Source: Sedimentisphaerales bacterium
GTDB lineage: Bacteria > Planctomycetota > Phycisphaerae > Sedimentisphaerales > SM23-30
DNA: 64,000 nt
Direction of reading: 5' to 3'
Assembly: GCA_963663965.2 (NCBI GenBank)
Contig: CAXXFK010000015.1
Span: forward strand, 96,001 to 160,000
A program made the translations under genes and the position numbers. A model generated the notes under the pieces. That model was given only the letters and a program-made list of their open reading frames with translations, ran no database searches and was not told where the DNA came from. Numbering within the stretch: the stretch's first letter is position 1; every line of letters starts with the position of its first letter. Positions 30,906-41,249 of this stretch are shown here, piece after piece.

Positions 30906-33900
30906 TTATCGTTCATCTTCATGATGAAATAGCAACGCTGGTATGGGATCATCATGACGGTTAAGCGCTTCTATCTTACCATTTATCAACGCTTTACGGT
31001 TTTTTTCTCTGTGATCCAGGCTGGTCCGTCGGGCCAGATTTTCCAAAGCCAGTTGCCAGTAATGCAAGGCCCGGTCACGCTCACCCAGGCGCCAGACCAC
31101 ATCTCCCAGATGATCCAGTACCTCAAGATCCATACTCCCCACATAGGCGGCCCCCTGACAGATCAGGTCGTAGGCCTGTTTAAAATCACCCATTTTGTAA
31201 TAATACCACCCCAGGCTGTCAAGGGTCGCACCTGAATCCGGATCTTTCTCCAGTGACAGACGAATCAATGCGACTGCCCGTTCCGGTTCACGGTGGCTTT
31301 CAATCAGGCTATAACCCAGATTATTGGTCACCAAAGGATCATTCGGGCGCAACGTTAACAGATTTTCCAATACCGCCAGACTCTGATCCACCTGGCCGGC
31401 CTTGTCATAAATCACACTCAGGGTAATATTACGGGCGTAATCGTCCGGATGCTCCGCCACCAGTTTTTTCTGCCGATCGATGGCCTCCTGGTATTCTCCG
31501 GCCATGACCAGAATCGAAATCCGGTTTCGCTCGATCAATTCAGCGTTCACCCCACGCAATTCGTCCAGTCGCGAAAAGGCTTTCTGCCAGCTTCCCAGTG
31601 CAATATCCAGTTGGATTCGAGCCTCCAACCAGTACGGCAAGACCTCCTGATCGCCGGCCAGTTCATTCAGCGTCAATCCGGCGTCATCAGTACGTTTGGC
31701 CAGTGTATAAAAATTCGCCAGTCGGATTTTTAAATCAGAGTTGGATTCATCCTGTTTCAATAACTCAAGGATTAAATCGATGGCTGCTTGATAATCGCCT
31801 GCCGCTCGGTATACATAGAGCAGTATACTGCGTCGCATGACCTGCCCGGGTGCCTCTTCCAGCCATTTTCGGGCCTCATCAACAGCGCGTTGTTTATGAC
31901 CGGCATCGATTAATACCTGATAATAGACCGTGTGCGGCGTCAATTCCTCTGGAAAGGCATCCATACACAAACCGGCTAACTCCAGGGCAAGGTCATATTC
32001 ATTTCGGGCCGCCAGATAACGAACCGCCCAGAGTTCACGAAAAATCTCTTCCCCTTTGATCACACTGAGTCGCTTCTTGATCAAGTTGGCCAGGCTGTCA
32101 TATTGTCCGCTTAAAACCCCCGACCAGATCAACTCCTCCAGGATATCCGGATAATACTTATCTTTGCGTTGCGACTGTTCGCTTTCAATATAACTGCCCA
32201 GCCAGCGCTGGTAATACGTCCAGGCCTGTTCATAAGCCCGGGTGATATGAAACAACCAACGGGCCTCTTTATCCATGACTTCAAACAGGGTGCTATTCGA
32301 CCTGTCTGTCCGTTCAGACTGTTCCAGTAAAAGCGCAAACGTTTCCTCAATCGCCCCGGCTTCGCGCCCGGTCTCAAGGACTTGCTTGAATAGATCATTA
32401 TCCGCCGTATTTTGCCGCCACAATGTCAATTGGCTTTCATAGGCATTTTGATAGCGTTTCTGAAACAAATAAACGGCAATGGCCTGCTGGAGAACGCGTA
32501 CCTCATTGGGATAGCGGGCGGATTCTGTCTCCACCAATCTGGCCGCCTGATCGGCGTCTCCCTGCTTGAGAGACAACTCGCTGGCATAAAGACGCGCCAG
32601 ATAGCCGGCAGGCTCGCCCGCAATCATTCGGTCCAACTCAGCAAGTGTCTCTTGATGGGCTTGCGCCACCGTTTCCGTGTCAGTTTCCCGATAAAACAAC
32701 AGATAACGATCCAGCATTTTCCTGGCCGCCTGATCGCATTGCCGCCGGAATGCCGCGATTAAATTTGGGCGATCCCCCCAATTCACATATAATAAAAACA
32801 ATTTATGACATACTTCACGATTCGCGGGCCAGTTGAATCGAATCCCTAACAGGGTTTGCTCTGCCTGAACCAGATCGCCTCGTCGCATTTGGATATCACC
32901 CACGATCAATCGGCTCTGGATATCCTGCGGGTGATTCGCCGCCAGCCTGGCGTAAAACGCTTCGGCCTGGTCCAATTCTCCCAGTTTCAGATAGGCCTCT
33001 CCGGCGGCTTGAAGCAGACGCTCATCGGATGGATTTTGACCCAGCCAGGCCAGCACTTCATCATAGCGTTTCTGTCGCAGCATCAAACGCGCCAGTCCGC
33101 TGCGAGCGGTATCGTGTAACATGGGCGACTCGATGGCGCGACGATATAAATCTTCAGCATAATCATCCATCCTGGCCTGTTCGCACAATCCTGCTAATAA
33201 AAAGCTGCAACCCGGGCTGGCCAGGATTTCTTCTCTCGCCATCCCGCGACGGATCACCTCTTGCGGATCGCTGATGACACGGATCTGTTCTTCTACTTCA
33301 AGCCACAGTTGGACCGCCAGGTCTGATTTCAGATCGATAATCTGTCCATACACATGAATCATATCAAGCCATTGTCCCAGTTCCCCATAGAAACCTCCTA
33401 ACCTCCGCAAAGCATCTATAACCTCCGTACGTTTAAAACGATTATCCCGCAGGGCTTTTTCCAATGCTTCGATGGCCGCTTGCGGCCGGTCTGCCAGATA
33501 TAATCCCAGACTGTACAATCGGGCGTCGAACCAGGGCTCCGTATTGTACCATTGGGTGATCTGCTCCAGAAATGGTTCATAATACGCCATTTCCTGGCAG
33601 GCGGCATAAAAATACCTCAATACCTCATTTTGCCTCAAACCGCGCGCCAGCAAATACCGGCAAACCATGCGAACCCGATCAAAACGATCCTGTATCGGCG
33701 CCTTCTGTTCAGCCAGCGACTGGATAAACACGTCCATTAAATCCCGGTTGAATTGAATTTCCTCCTGGGCCGATTCCAGTAAATTGACAACCTGGGCGAT
33801 GTCCCCCATTTTCATTGCCAGATCAGCCATTAATAACAACGGAACCTGCTCATTATAGACCAGTTTCGCCGCTTCCGGATTCACCTGATGGGTGCCTTGC

Positions 33901-34709
33901 TGCCGGCGAATCAATTCAAGGGCACGCTGGTACGCGTCAATCGCGGCCTGATAATATCCCGCTTGGGTCAGCGATGAGGCGCACTGCATGTAAAGGACCA
34001 ATGTTGTTGAGTTCAAATCTTTCGCCATGGGCGACAATAACGCGCGCTGATAACAACTTCGGGCCTGGTCAAATTCACCCTTGGTGATATGATACGCGCC
34101 GAGGATCTGCCAGCTGGACAGGTTATGCGGATCCAGTTCCAGAGCCTTCAGTGCATGATAAATACCCCGCTGATTCTGCGCCAGGCTCAAATAAGCTTCT
34201 GCCGCCAATTCATGCAACCTGACCATGTTCGGATCGTGATTTAATCCCTCCCGGCATAACTCAATGATACGCTTGAAAGCATCCTCCCGTCGAGCATTCA
34301 AACGTTCCGCTATCCGCGACAATCGTCGCGCTTCCAGAGCATTTTTCACTGCCAGGCGTGGATCGGGAACAAAATCGGCGGATACCGCCTGATCGGCTTC
34401 CGGTTTTTCTTTATTTGGATAACCGTCATCCATCCTTTCCAGGCTATATTCCCCTGGCGGCAATTCATCCAGCGGGATGAACATCTTATCGACCGAAACG
34501 CCATTGCCCGGATCAACCTGACCGGGTGCAACCACACCATAATCGGCTTCCTCATGGGCCCCTTTTTCCACCCGCGGTTGACATCCCGTCACCACCACCA
34601 GACCAATCAACCCGAAATACCACCCCAATTGCTTATTTTTTTTTAACAGTATTTGCTCCGCCAGGTATGCAGCAACTTCTAACAGAATGGACTTTATTTT
34701 ACACTTCAT
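30906..34709 (-). CDS. large tetratricopeptide-repeat (lipo)protein
   Basis: VTGC lipobox-like site; many TPR-like helices; C-terminal NNLGYSL..LDSLGWYYY..DHLGDV. Confidence 0.85.
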   Translation of the reverse strand: MKCKIKSILLEVAAYLAEQILLKKNKQLGWYFGLIGLVVVTGCQPRVEKGAHEEADYGVVAPGQVDPGNGVSVDKMFIPLDELPPGEYSLERMDDGYPNKEKPEADQAVSADFVPDPRLAVKNALEARRLSRIAERLNARREDAFKRIIELCREGLNHDPNMVRLHELAAEAYLSLAQNQRGIYHALKALELDPHNLSSWQILGAYHITKGEFDQARSCYQRALLSPMAKDLNSTTLVLYMQCASSLTQAGYYQAAIDAYQRALELIRRQQGTHQVNPEAAKLVYNEQVPLLLMADLAMKMGDIAQVVNLLESAQEEIQFNRDLMDVFIQSLAEQKAPIQDRFDRVRMVCRYLLARGLRQNEVLRYFYAACQEMAYYEPFLEQITQWYNTEPWFDARLYSLGLYLADRPQAAIEALEKALRDNRFKRTEVIDALRRLGGFYGELGQWLDMIHVYGQIIDLKSDLAVQLWLEVEEQIRVISDPQEVIRRGMAREEILASPGCSFLLAGLCEQARMDDYAEDLYRRAIESPMLHDTARSGLARLMLRQKRYDEVLAWLGQNPSDERLLQAAGEAYLKLGELDQAEAFYARLAANHPQDIQSRLIVGDIQMRRGDLVQAEQTLLGIRFNWPANREVCHKLFLLYVNWGDRPNLIAAFRRQCDQAARKMLDRYLLFYRETDTETVAQAHQETLAELDRMIAGEPAGYLARLYASELSLKQGDADQAARLVETESARYPNEVRVLQQAIAVYLFQKRYQNAYESQLTLWRQNTADNDLFKQVLETGREAGAIEETFALLLEQSERTDRSNSTLFEVMDKEARWLFHITRAYEQAWTYYQRWLGSYIESEQSQRKDKYYPDILEELIWSGVLSGQYDSLANLIKKRLSVIKGEEIFRELWAVRYLAARNEYDLALELAGLCMDAFPEELTPHTVYYQVLIDAGHKQRAVDEARKWLEEAPGQVMRRSILLYVYRAAGDYQAAIDLILELLKQDESNSDLKIRLANFYTLAKRTDDAGLTLNELAGDQEVLPYWLEARIQLDIALGSWQKAFSRLDELRGVNAELIERNRISILVMAGEYQEAIDRQKKLVAEHPDDYARNITLSVIYDKAGQVDQSLAVLENLLTLRPNDPLVTNNLGYSLIESHREPERAVALIRLSLEKDPDSGATLDSLGWYYYKMGDFKQAYDLICQGAAYVGSMDLEVLDHLGDVVWRLGERDRALHYWQLALENLARRTSLDHREKNRKALINGKIEALNRHDDPIPALLFHHEDER

Positions 34710-34845
34710 GATTTCTGTCCGGGGGGCCGGTCTTGTCACACTTCATAATACAATAGCATGCCATTCTATCAACCCGGCTGGAATCATACAGAAAAAAATC
34801 AGTTTCGTCCCGTTTGCGGATAATTCATATTAGCGTGCCGAGATA

Positions 34846-35877
34846 TCAAAACCGTACTGGATCCATTTCATATCCAGATACGTCCGCCCCGCATCCCATG
34901 CACTTCCCTTTAAGTATCTGGAAATCTTGGATTTGGTAGCCCTGTCGGCGGATCAGGACATGCCCGCATTGATAACAGAGAGTATTTTCATAACCACATC
35001 CGGGCAGGTTGCCAATATAAATATACCGTAATCCAGCCTTCTGGCCGGCCTCCCAGGCCCGCATGAGGGTTTGAGCCGGAGTTGGCGGATTTTCCTGCCG
35101 GTGATACATGGGATGATAACGACTGATGTGCCAGGGAATATGGACGCCCAGTTCTTCCGCGATAAAACCGGCTATTTGTCCCAGTTCATCATCAGAATCG
35201 TTTAAACCCGGTATGATCAACGTGGTTACTTCCAACCAGATATGGGTTTGCTGGGCGACATGGCGCAAGGTCTTCAGCACCCCTTCCAGGGTCGCCTTGC
35301 AATAGGTTCGATAAAACTCTTCCGTAAAAGCCTTTAAATCGATGTTCATCCCATCCAGAAATCCGCTGGCATATTCCAGCGCTTCTTCGGTCATATACCC
35401 ATTGCTGACAAACACATTCGCCAGCCCCTCCTGACGTGCCAACCGGCCGCAATCAGCCGCTAATTCCATAAAAATCGTCGGTTCTGAATAAGTATAGGCT
35501 ATATTGCTGCAGTGATGCTCCAACGCCGATCGGACAATCTGTTCCGGGGTATAGGGTCGGCCTTCAATCCGCTTTTCCGATCGGGGAGCCTGACTGATTT
35601 GCCAGTTCTGACAAAAATCACACTGAAAATTACATCCCATCGTCGCGATGGAAAAGCTTTTACGTCCCGGCTGAAAATGAAACAGGGGTTTTTTCTCCAC
35701 CGGATCCACTCCCATCGAACAGACCGAATCATAATTCAATGAATAAAGGGTGCCGCCAATATTTTGCCTGACCTGACAGACTCCCTTCTGGTCGGGTCGA
35801 ATCCGGCAACGGTGATGACACAGACCGCATAAGCATTCCTCATTTTCTCCGGTTTGCCATAATAACGCTTTGTGCAT
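34846..35877 (-). CDS. amrS: AmmeMemoRadiSam system radical SAM enzyme
   Basis: CGLCHHRC..C, DPVEKKPLFHF, GCNFQCDFCQNWQISQ, YTYSEP, IYIGN. Confidence 0.92.
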   Translation of the reverse strand: MHKALLWQTGENEECLCGLCHHRCRIRPDQKGVCQVRQNIGGTLYSLNYDSVCSMGVDPVEKKPLFHFQPGRKSFSIATMGCNFQCDFCQNWQISQAPRSEKRIEGRPYTPEQIVRSALEHHCSNIAYTYSEPTIFMELAADCGRLARQEGLANVFVSNGYMTEEALEYASGFLDGMNIDLKAFTEEFYRTYCKATLEGVLKTLRHVAQQTHIWLEVTTLIIPGLNDSDDELGQIAGFIAEELGVHIPWHISRYHPMYHRQENPPTPAQTLMRAWEAGQKAGLRYIYIGNLPGCGYENTLCYQCGHVLIRRQGYQIQDFQILKGKCMGCGADVSGYEMDPVRF

Positions 35878-35951
35878 GCTTAGACCTCTGATTGGCTGAC
35901 TATATCCCGGTACGATTCATCACCGCTAAATTCCCTTAACCCGATATGTCA

Positions 35952-37007
35952 TCAACCCGACAGCCGCTTTCGAATCAACTCAGCCCGATAAATATCCCGC
36001 TCTCTGGGTTCCATTTGCTTGCCATACCGCTTTTGCAGATGGGCCGGTTGAAGATAAAGAAACAACTCACTTAACGTTTGAAGACCAATATCCTTGATCC
36101 GGCCCAGATGCACTCCCAAACGGACCATACTCAGCATATACAGCGCTTCTTCAGTAGTGATCAGGCGAGAATGCTTCAGCAAACCGTATGCCCGGAAAAC
36201 CTTGTCGTCCAGTTCTATCTGTTTCTCGGTCAGCATTTTTTCCCGGGCCTGGCGCTCATATCCGATAATGGGGGTTACGGCCTGTTCCAGTACTAATTCC
36301 AGTATCTGCTCTTCCGAGCGTCCCAGTGTGGTCTGATTGGACACCTGATACAAATCGCCAATGGGTTCGGTCCCCTCACCATACAATCCCCGGATAGCCA
36401 GTCGCATGTCTTTCGCGGCACGGAAGACTTTTTCGATATGCCCCGTCATTTTCAATGCCGGCAGATGCATCATCACGGAAACCCGGATACCCGTTCCCAG
36501 GTTGGTCGGGCAGGCGGTCAGATAGCCGTAATGGGATGAAAACGAAAAAGCCAGTTGCTGTTCAATAATATCCTGCACCCGGTTGATCCGTTCATAACCA
36601 TCCTTCAGATTCAAACCACCCGTCAAAACCTGAATTCGCAGATGATCTTCTTCATTGATCATCAGCACCAGACCCTCATCCCGCGAGATCGCCGCCCCAC
36701 AATACCCTTTATTCTCCAGCAGCTTACGGGATACCAGTTGCTTCTCATTCAACATGGCCCGATCCAGGGCGGCCATCTGGTCCATCCGCACAAATTGCAA
36801 CTCATGACGCAATTCAGTTTCCATGATTCGGCTCTGGATCAAATGATAAATCTGGCTTTGCTGGTCGTAATCGGCCTTGCCAAAAAATACATAACCGGCT
36901 ATATTCCTGGCCAGTCGAATCCGCGAAGACACTACCACATCCTGCTCACTGCCCGGCATGGTCATCCACCCGGCTAAGCGTGTCTCTCTGCTTGTGTTAT
37001 CGTCCAT
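35952..37007 (-). CDS. mcsB: protein arginine kinase McsB
   Basis: SSRIRLARN, INEEDHLRIQ, GYLTACPTNLGTG, QVSNQTTLG. Confidence 0.95.
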   Translation of the reverse strand: MDDNTSRETRLAGWMTMPGSEQDVVVSSRIRLARNIAGYVFFGKADYDQQSQIYHLIQSRIMETELRHELQFVRMDQMAALDRAMLNEKQLVSRKLLENKGYCGAAISRDEGLVLMINEEDHLRIQVLTGGLNLKDGYERINRVQDIIEQQLAFSFSSHYGYLTACPTNLGTGIRVSVMMHLPALKMTGHIEKVFRAAKDMRLAIRGLYGEGTEPIGDLYQVSNQTTLGRSEEQILELVLEQAVTPIIGYERQAREKMLTEKQIELDDKVFRAYGLLKHSRLITTEEALYMLSMVRLGVHLGRIKDIGLQTLSELFLYLQPAHLQKRYGKQMEPRERDIYRAELIRKRLSG

Positions 37008-37092
37008 GGTTGTTCTCGTATAGACCAGCCTGCTTGATCAGGCATTCGAATGGGTCGTCTTGTTTTGATATAAATTGACTATCAAATATCGA

Positions 37093-37581
37093 TCAATAAG
37101 GGCGTCCCAACTGCTCGATCTCATCTCGTAATTGCGCGGCTCTCTCATAATCTTCAGCTTCAATTGCCGACTGCAATTCTTTACGCAGTCTCATGATTTC
37201 AAGCGGACTTTCTGCTGGATGGCCGGATTTGACCTGGGGTATCCTGCCTACATGATACAACGCTCCTTCATGAGATTTTTCAATTATCTTATGGAGTAAA
37301 TTTTCAAATACTACATAATCATTTGGGCAGCCCATCAAGCCGCTGCTCCTGAAATCGTTCCAGGTCGTATTACACTGTGGGCAATGAATCTCGGTCACTT
37401 TCTGACTATCTTTGTATGATTGATTCAAATTATTCAAAATCTGGCTGATGGGGACTTGATTTTTGACGGTAACCCCTTCTTCACAAGCACAGCGCTCGCA
37501 TAGATGCCGCTCAACTTTTTTACCGTTAACGATCTCGGTCAGGTGGACGGTTGCCTGTTTGTCACATAATTCACAATGCAT
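37093..37581 (-). CDS. mcsA: McsA protein-arginine kinase activator
   Basis: CxxC motifs and C-terminal UVR domain EDYERAAQLRDEI. Confidence 0.93.
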   Translation of the reverse strand: MHCELCDKQATVHLTEIVNGKKVERHLCERCACEEGVTVKNQVPISQILNNLNQSYKDSQKVTEIHCPQCNTTWNDFRSSGLMGCPNDYVVFENLLHKIIEKSHEGALYHVGRIPQVKSGHPAESPLEIMRLRKELQSAIEAEDYERAAQLRDEIEQLGRPY

Positions 37582-37699
37582 AGTCTCTTAATATCCTCTA
37601 TTTTTTTATTGTATTAACCTGTTATTTAATTATAGGGCTTGCTTTTCATCCATGTCAACCTTTCGTATTTACCCCAGATTACCCGTTTTTACATCCTTT

Positions 37700-38071
37700 C
37701 TATTTATTCGTATAGATTGCCCGGCAACCCGGGGTTTCATGTACCTCTATCGATATTATTTTAAGTCCATCATATAAAAGAGGTAATAACTGGTCATAAA
37801 TATATATCGAAATATTCTCAGCTGTTGGATTAATATCTTTGAATGAACTTAACTCATTTATCATCGGTTTTTCACATAAGGGTTGTGTGATTTGTTTTAG
37901 CCACCGTTGAACCTTGTGAAAATCGACGACAAACCCACAATTATCCAGGGTGGACCGGCCAATTTCAGCCCAGACATGCCATTCATGATGATGGGCGTCC
38001 TCTAGTTCCCCGTTGGGCAATCGGACGCAGTGACCGGCTTTGAAGCGATGCTCTACTTTCACGGTATACAT
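37700..38071 (-). CDS. 6-pyruvoyl-tetrahydropterin synthase/QueD-family protein
   Basis: FKAGH, EDAHHHEW, VVDF, NPTAENI, ETP. Confidence 0.85.
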   Translation of the reverse strand: MYTVKVEHRFKAGHCVRLPNGELEDAHHHEWHVWAEIGRSTLDNCGFVVDFHKVQRWLKQITQPLCEKPMINELSSFKDINPTAENISIYIYDQLLPLLYDGLKIISIEVHETPGCRAIYTNK

Positions 38072-38151
38072 AATCTGCTCCCTGAATCTTAATTGTTATT
38101 ATCCAGAACGATTCTCTTGAATCCGGCTCAACGTTTTCCCCGCTTGAAGGA

Positions 38152-38646
38152 TCACGCTATCCCGAATCGGTTTTTCAATCGAATATGAACATTCGCCGGA
38201 ACCAGTTTCGAGACATCCCCCTGATACCTGACTACTTCACGGATCAATGTTGATGATGTAAATCCATATTGCTCGGCGGTCATGATAAATACCGTCTCGA
38301 TATTTCCGATGGATCGATTGGTCAGTGCCAGCTGAAATTCATACTGCACATCGGTCAGATTTCGTAATCCCCTTAAAATCACCTGGGCATCAACCTCCCG
38401 GGCGCATTCTACGGTTAAATTGGTAAATCGTTTAACCAGTACCCCCGGCATATCACAAACCAGTTCTTCGATCATCTCCATCCGCTCATCTCCGGTGAAC
38501 AGATAGTCTTTTTGTGGACTGTCACCTACGGCGACGATCACTTCATCGAACATCCGGATTGCCCGGCGGATGACGTCCAGATGGCCATTGGTAATGGGAT
38601 CGAACGATCCCGGAAACAGTGCCCTGACAAATTTATTTTGCCCCAT
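38152..38646 (-). CDS. coaD: phosphopantetheine adenylyltransferase
   Basis: FPGSFDPITNGHLD, RGLR, SSTLIRE. Confidence 0.97.
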   Translation of the reverse strand: MGQNKFVRALFPGSFDPITNGHLDVIRRAIRMFDEVIVAVGDSPQKDYLFTGDERMEMIEELVCDMPGVLVKRFTNLTVECAREVDAQVILRGLRNLTDVQYEFQLALTNRSIGNIETVFIMTAEQYGFTSSTLIREVVRYQGDVSKLVPANVHIRLKNRFGIA

Positions 38647-38669
38647 GGTGTATCCTGTTTATTATTCCC

Positions 38670-39161
38670 TCATAAAGGAATTATCTCATAGCTCATGGTG
38701 TCGGTCTCCAGCAGGATAATATGCCCCTGACCGGACAGCCAGTCCGTGGACTCCCCTGGATTGATGACCATGGTCCTGCCTTCGGTTCGAATATCCCGTT
38801 TATGAGTATGTCCGTAAATGACCAGATCATATTTCTGACTGCTCACGATCTCCTCGATATTATGATGGGTATGAGTCATATAGACTCTTTTACCATCGAT
38901 CTCGCCCTTATAACAATATTCATGAATCTCGCCGCCAAACATTTCGATGGTATTCTTCAGAAAAATCTTTTCCCCATCATTATTGCCATAGACCGCTATG
39001 AAATGACTGCTTTCGAGTTCCCTGAAAATCTTGGCGCTGAATGGAGACACGATGTCTCCCGCGTGAAGGACATAATCGACGCCCAAGGATTGAAAGATCT
39101 TCACCGCACTCATCATATTACTATGATGATCGTGACTATCGCTGATAATCCCTATTTTCAT
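38670..39161 (-). CDS. YfcE/MJ0936-type metallophosphoesterase
   Basis: SDSH, HAGD, GNND, GHTH, NPG. Confidence 0.92.
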   Translation of the reverse strand: MKIGIISDSHDHHSNMMSAVKIFQSLGVDYVLHAGDIVSPFSAKIFRELESSHFIAVYGNNDGEKIFLKNTIEMFGGEIHEYCYKGEIDGKRVYMTHTHHNIEEIVSSQKYDLVIYGHTHKRDIRTEGRTMVINPGESTDWLSGQGHIILLETDTMSYEIIPL

Positions 39162-39886
39162 ACTTTCTCCGAATAGTTGATAACTTATTTCTTGACGACC
39201 GTTTACCGCGTTTTAACGAATTGGGGGCCTTACGGTCTGTTTGTATGATTGTATGTTCTGCTCGCTAAAAAGTCATTATAAATTTATACCACCAGCAATT
39301 GACCTTGCCCGCTTGCAGCCCTGAATGGATTATTAGAGGATCCCTGCTATGGAATTTAACTTGCGCGCGATCGGACATTACCATACCCGATGGGGATAAA
39401 ACCCTTGGGCCGACCTGAACGATACTGATAATGGGATCCGCCAAAATGATCCAAAAGGTGACAACGAAAAGGTTTTTGGCACGTAGCCCATAGCGAACAC
39501 TGTTTTCACCGCACGCCAAATACCTGCTCGCATCCCGAGAACGGATTTAGTGATGCTCTGAATTGTTAAACGGTCTCTACCAGTACCGTTCCACAAAATT
39601 CCTTATTTTCGCCTTGATTAAAGGTCAGGTTACAGGACCTGAATTGCCCGTTCTGCCGAATTAATTGGATATTATCGACATTTCACCACAGGCGCCCCTA
39701 CCGGCTAACCGATCCGTGATCGCTATAAACCTTTATATGATTTGATATTATCAAAATGTCTTTCTGGCAGTTTCCCCAAATAGCCATTTTATCGATTATA
39801 CCGTTAATGGATTATTAAACCGACTTTCTCTTCCAGTCGATACCAATCGTACAGACAGAGAGTTTCAAATTCGTGGAGACAAATAA

Positions 39887-40222
39887 ATGTCAGTGAGTTA
39901 TGAACAGCGACAAGCGAAACGCACCAAGATGAACTGGCCGGTGAGTGTTTGGCATCCCCAGGCCTCACGGTTTTATCATGCCAGAAGCGTGGATGTATCC
40001 AGCAATGGTGTTTTACTATCTATGCCTATGAAAGCTCCGATCCGCGAGGGGCAGGATCTGGAAATTAATTTTCCACGCAAAGAGCTGCTGGCTCGTGAAA
40101 AGGGCAACTATGCCCGAATCAAACCGGCACGCGTGGTTCGCATCGACCGTACCGATGCCGTAAATACAGCTCAGGTTAAAGTTGGGCTGCAATTTACTAA
40201 CGGAGAAGAAAAAATGGTTTGA
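39887..40222 (+). CDS. stand-alone PilZ-domain protein
   Basis: RQAKR (RxxxR) and DVSSNG (DxSxxG) c-di-GMP motifs. Confidence 0.85.
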   Translation: MSVSYEQRQAKRTKMNWPVSVWHPQASRFYHARSVDVSSNGVLLSMPMKAPIREGQDLEINFPRKELLAREKGNYARIKPARVVRIDRTDAVNTAQVKVGLQFTNGEEKMV

Positions 40223-40250
40223 GGGTCCGGATAAAGGTGGAAAGGCTGGA

Positions 40251-40287
40251 AAAGGCCGCCGGCATATTTGCCTCGCGGTCTTTTTTT
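40251..40287 (+). terminator. intrinsic terminator
   Basis: AAAGGCCGCCGGCA-TATT-TGCCTCGCGGTCTTTTTTT. Confidence 0.6.
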
Positions 40288-41239
40288 ATGCGCCCTCTTT
40301 CTCTTTAGTAAGAAAAGAACGCGCGTAATTCCGCAAGATTATCGATTCAAGCTTGTCATCGGCGATGGAATGCAATAAACGAAGAGTCGAGCCGTTTTTA
40401 GGATCGGATTCACGGACAATCGTCTCTAAAATCGTATGGCGGGCGTCAAGCATCCGGGCGCGCGGATAGGATTCGATTAAACGCTGCAAGCGCTGCGCGG
40501 GAGTCTCGTTCTGACGCAAGGCAACGACCGGGCCGGGCCGATCGATCTCTTCGAGAACCACACCCTCGCCTTCGATCGCCTGCTCGATATCGCGATAATG
40601 CTGTTCCAATCCTAATGAAGGGGCTTTATCAATCGGAAACTCATGGACCATTTCCACGCCATAGCGATCACGATTACGGCTATCGCGCGTATGTTCATAG
40701 ACCAGGGTCAGCTCGATGCCTTTGGGAAACCGGATCCGGCCGGTATCACTATCGATTGTCATCTGGGCAAAACAATCCTCACCACTCCGTTCAATCAGAT
40801 AATTGCGAATCCGTTCGAAATTCTTAAAATAGCGATAACGATTATCGCTGTCAATGACCGTCGCCACCCGGCGCGATGACTCCAGCAGATTGTAACAACT
40901 CTGATAGTCCTCCGTCGCCAGCCCGTTGAAAAAAATGGTTGCGGTTTCCTGACGGGTCAGCGGAAACGGGTGCCCCGGATCAAGACTGTCTATGAATTTT
41001 CGCACCCCCACCCAGATCCCCCATCCTAGTCCGGCTACCACGGCGATAATAATAACTTTCGACACAATGGACGCCAACCGCTCTTGCAGGGCTCCCGAAA
41101 CATCGCCTCGGGCGCCGGATGGCCGCGTTCGGGCTGGCGCTGCCGCGGAACTCACTTCGAAGCGGTAACCGCATCCACCGCAACGTTTCGACGACGCCTC
41201 AATCTGGATATTGCATCTGGGACATTGTTTGGTTGACAC
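40286..41239 (-). CDS. hypothetical membrane-anchored protein with N-terminal zinc ribbon
   Basis: CPRC...CGGC, one TM helix, soluble C-terminal domain. Confidence 0.75.
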   Translation of the reverse strand: MSTKQCPRCNIQIEASSKRCGGCGYRFEVSSAAAPARTRPSGARGDVSGALQERLASIVSKVIIIAVVAGLGWGIWVGVRKFIDSLDPGHPFPLTRQETATIFFNGLATEDYQSCYNLLESSRRVATVIDSDNRYRYFKNFERIRNYLIERSGEDCFAQMTIDSDTGRIRFPKGIELTLVYEHTRDSRNRDRYGVEMVHEFPIDKAPSLGLEQHYRDIEQAIEGEGVVLEEIDRPGPVVALRQNETPAQRLQRLIESYPRARMLDARHTILETIVRESDPKNGSTLRLLHSIADDKLESIILRNYARSFLTKEKEGA

Positions 41240-41249
41240 GGGTTTATAC

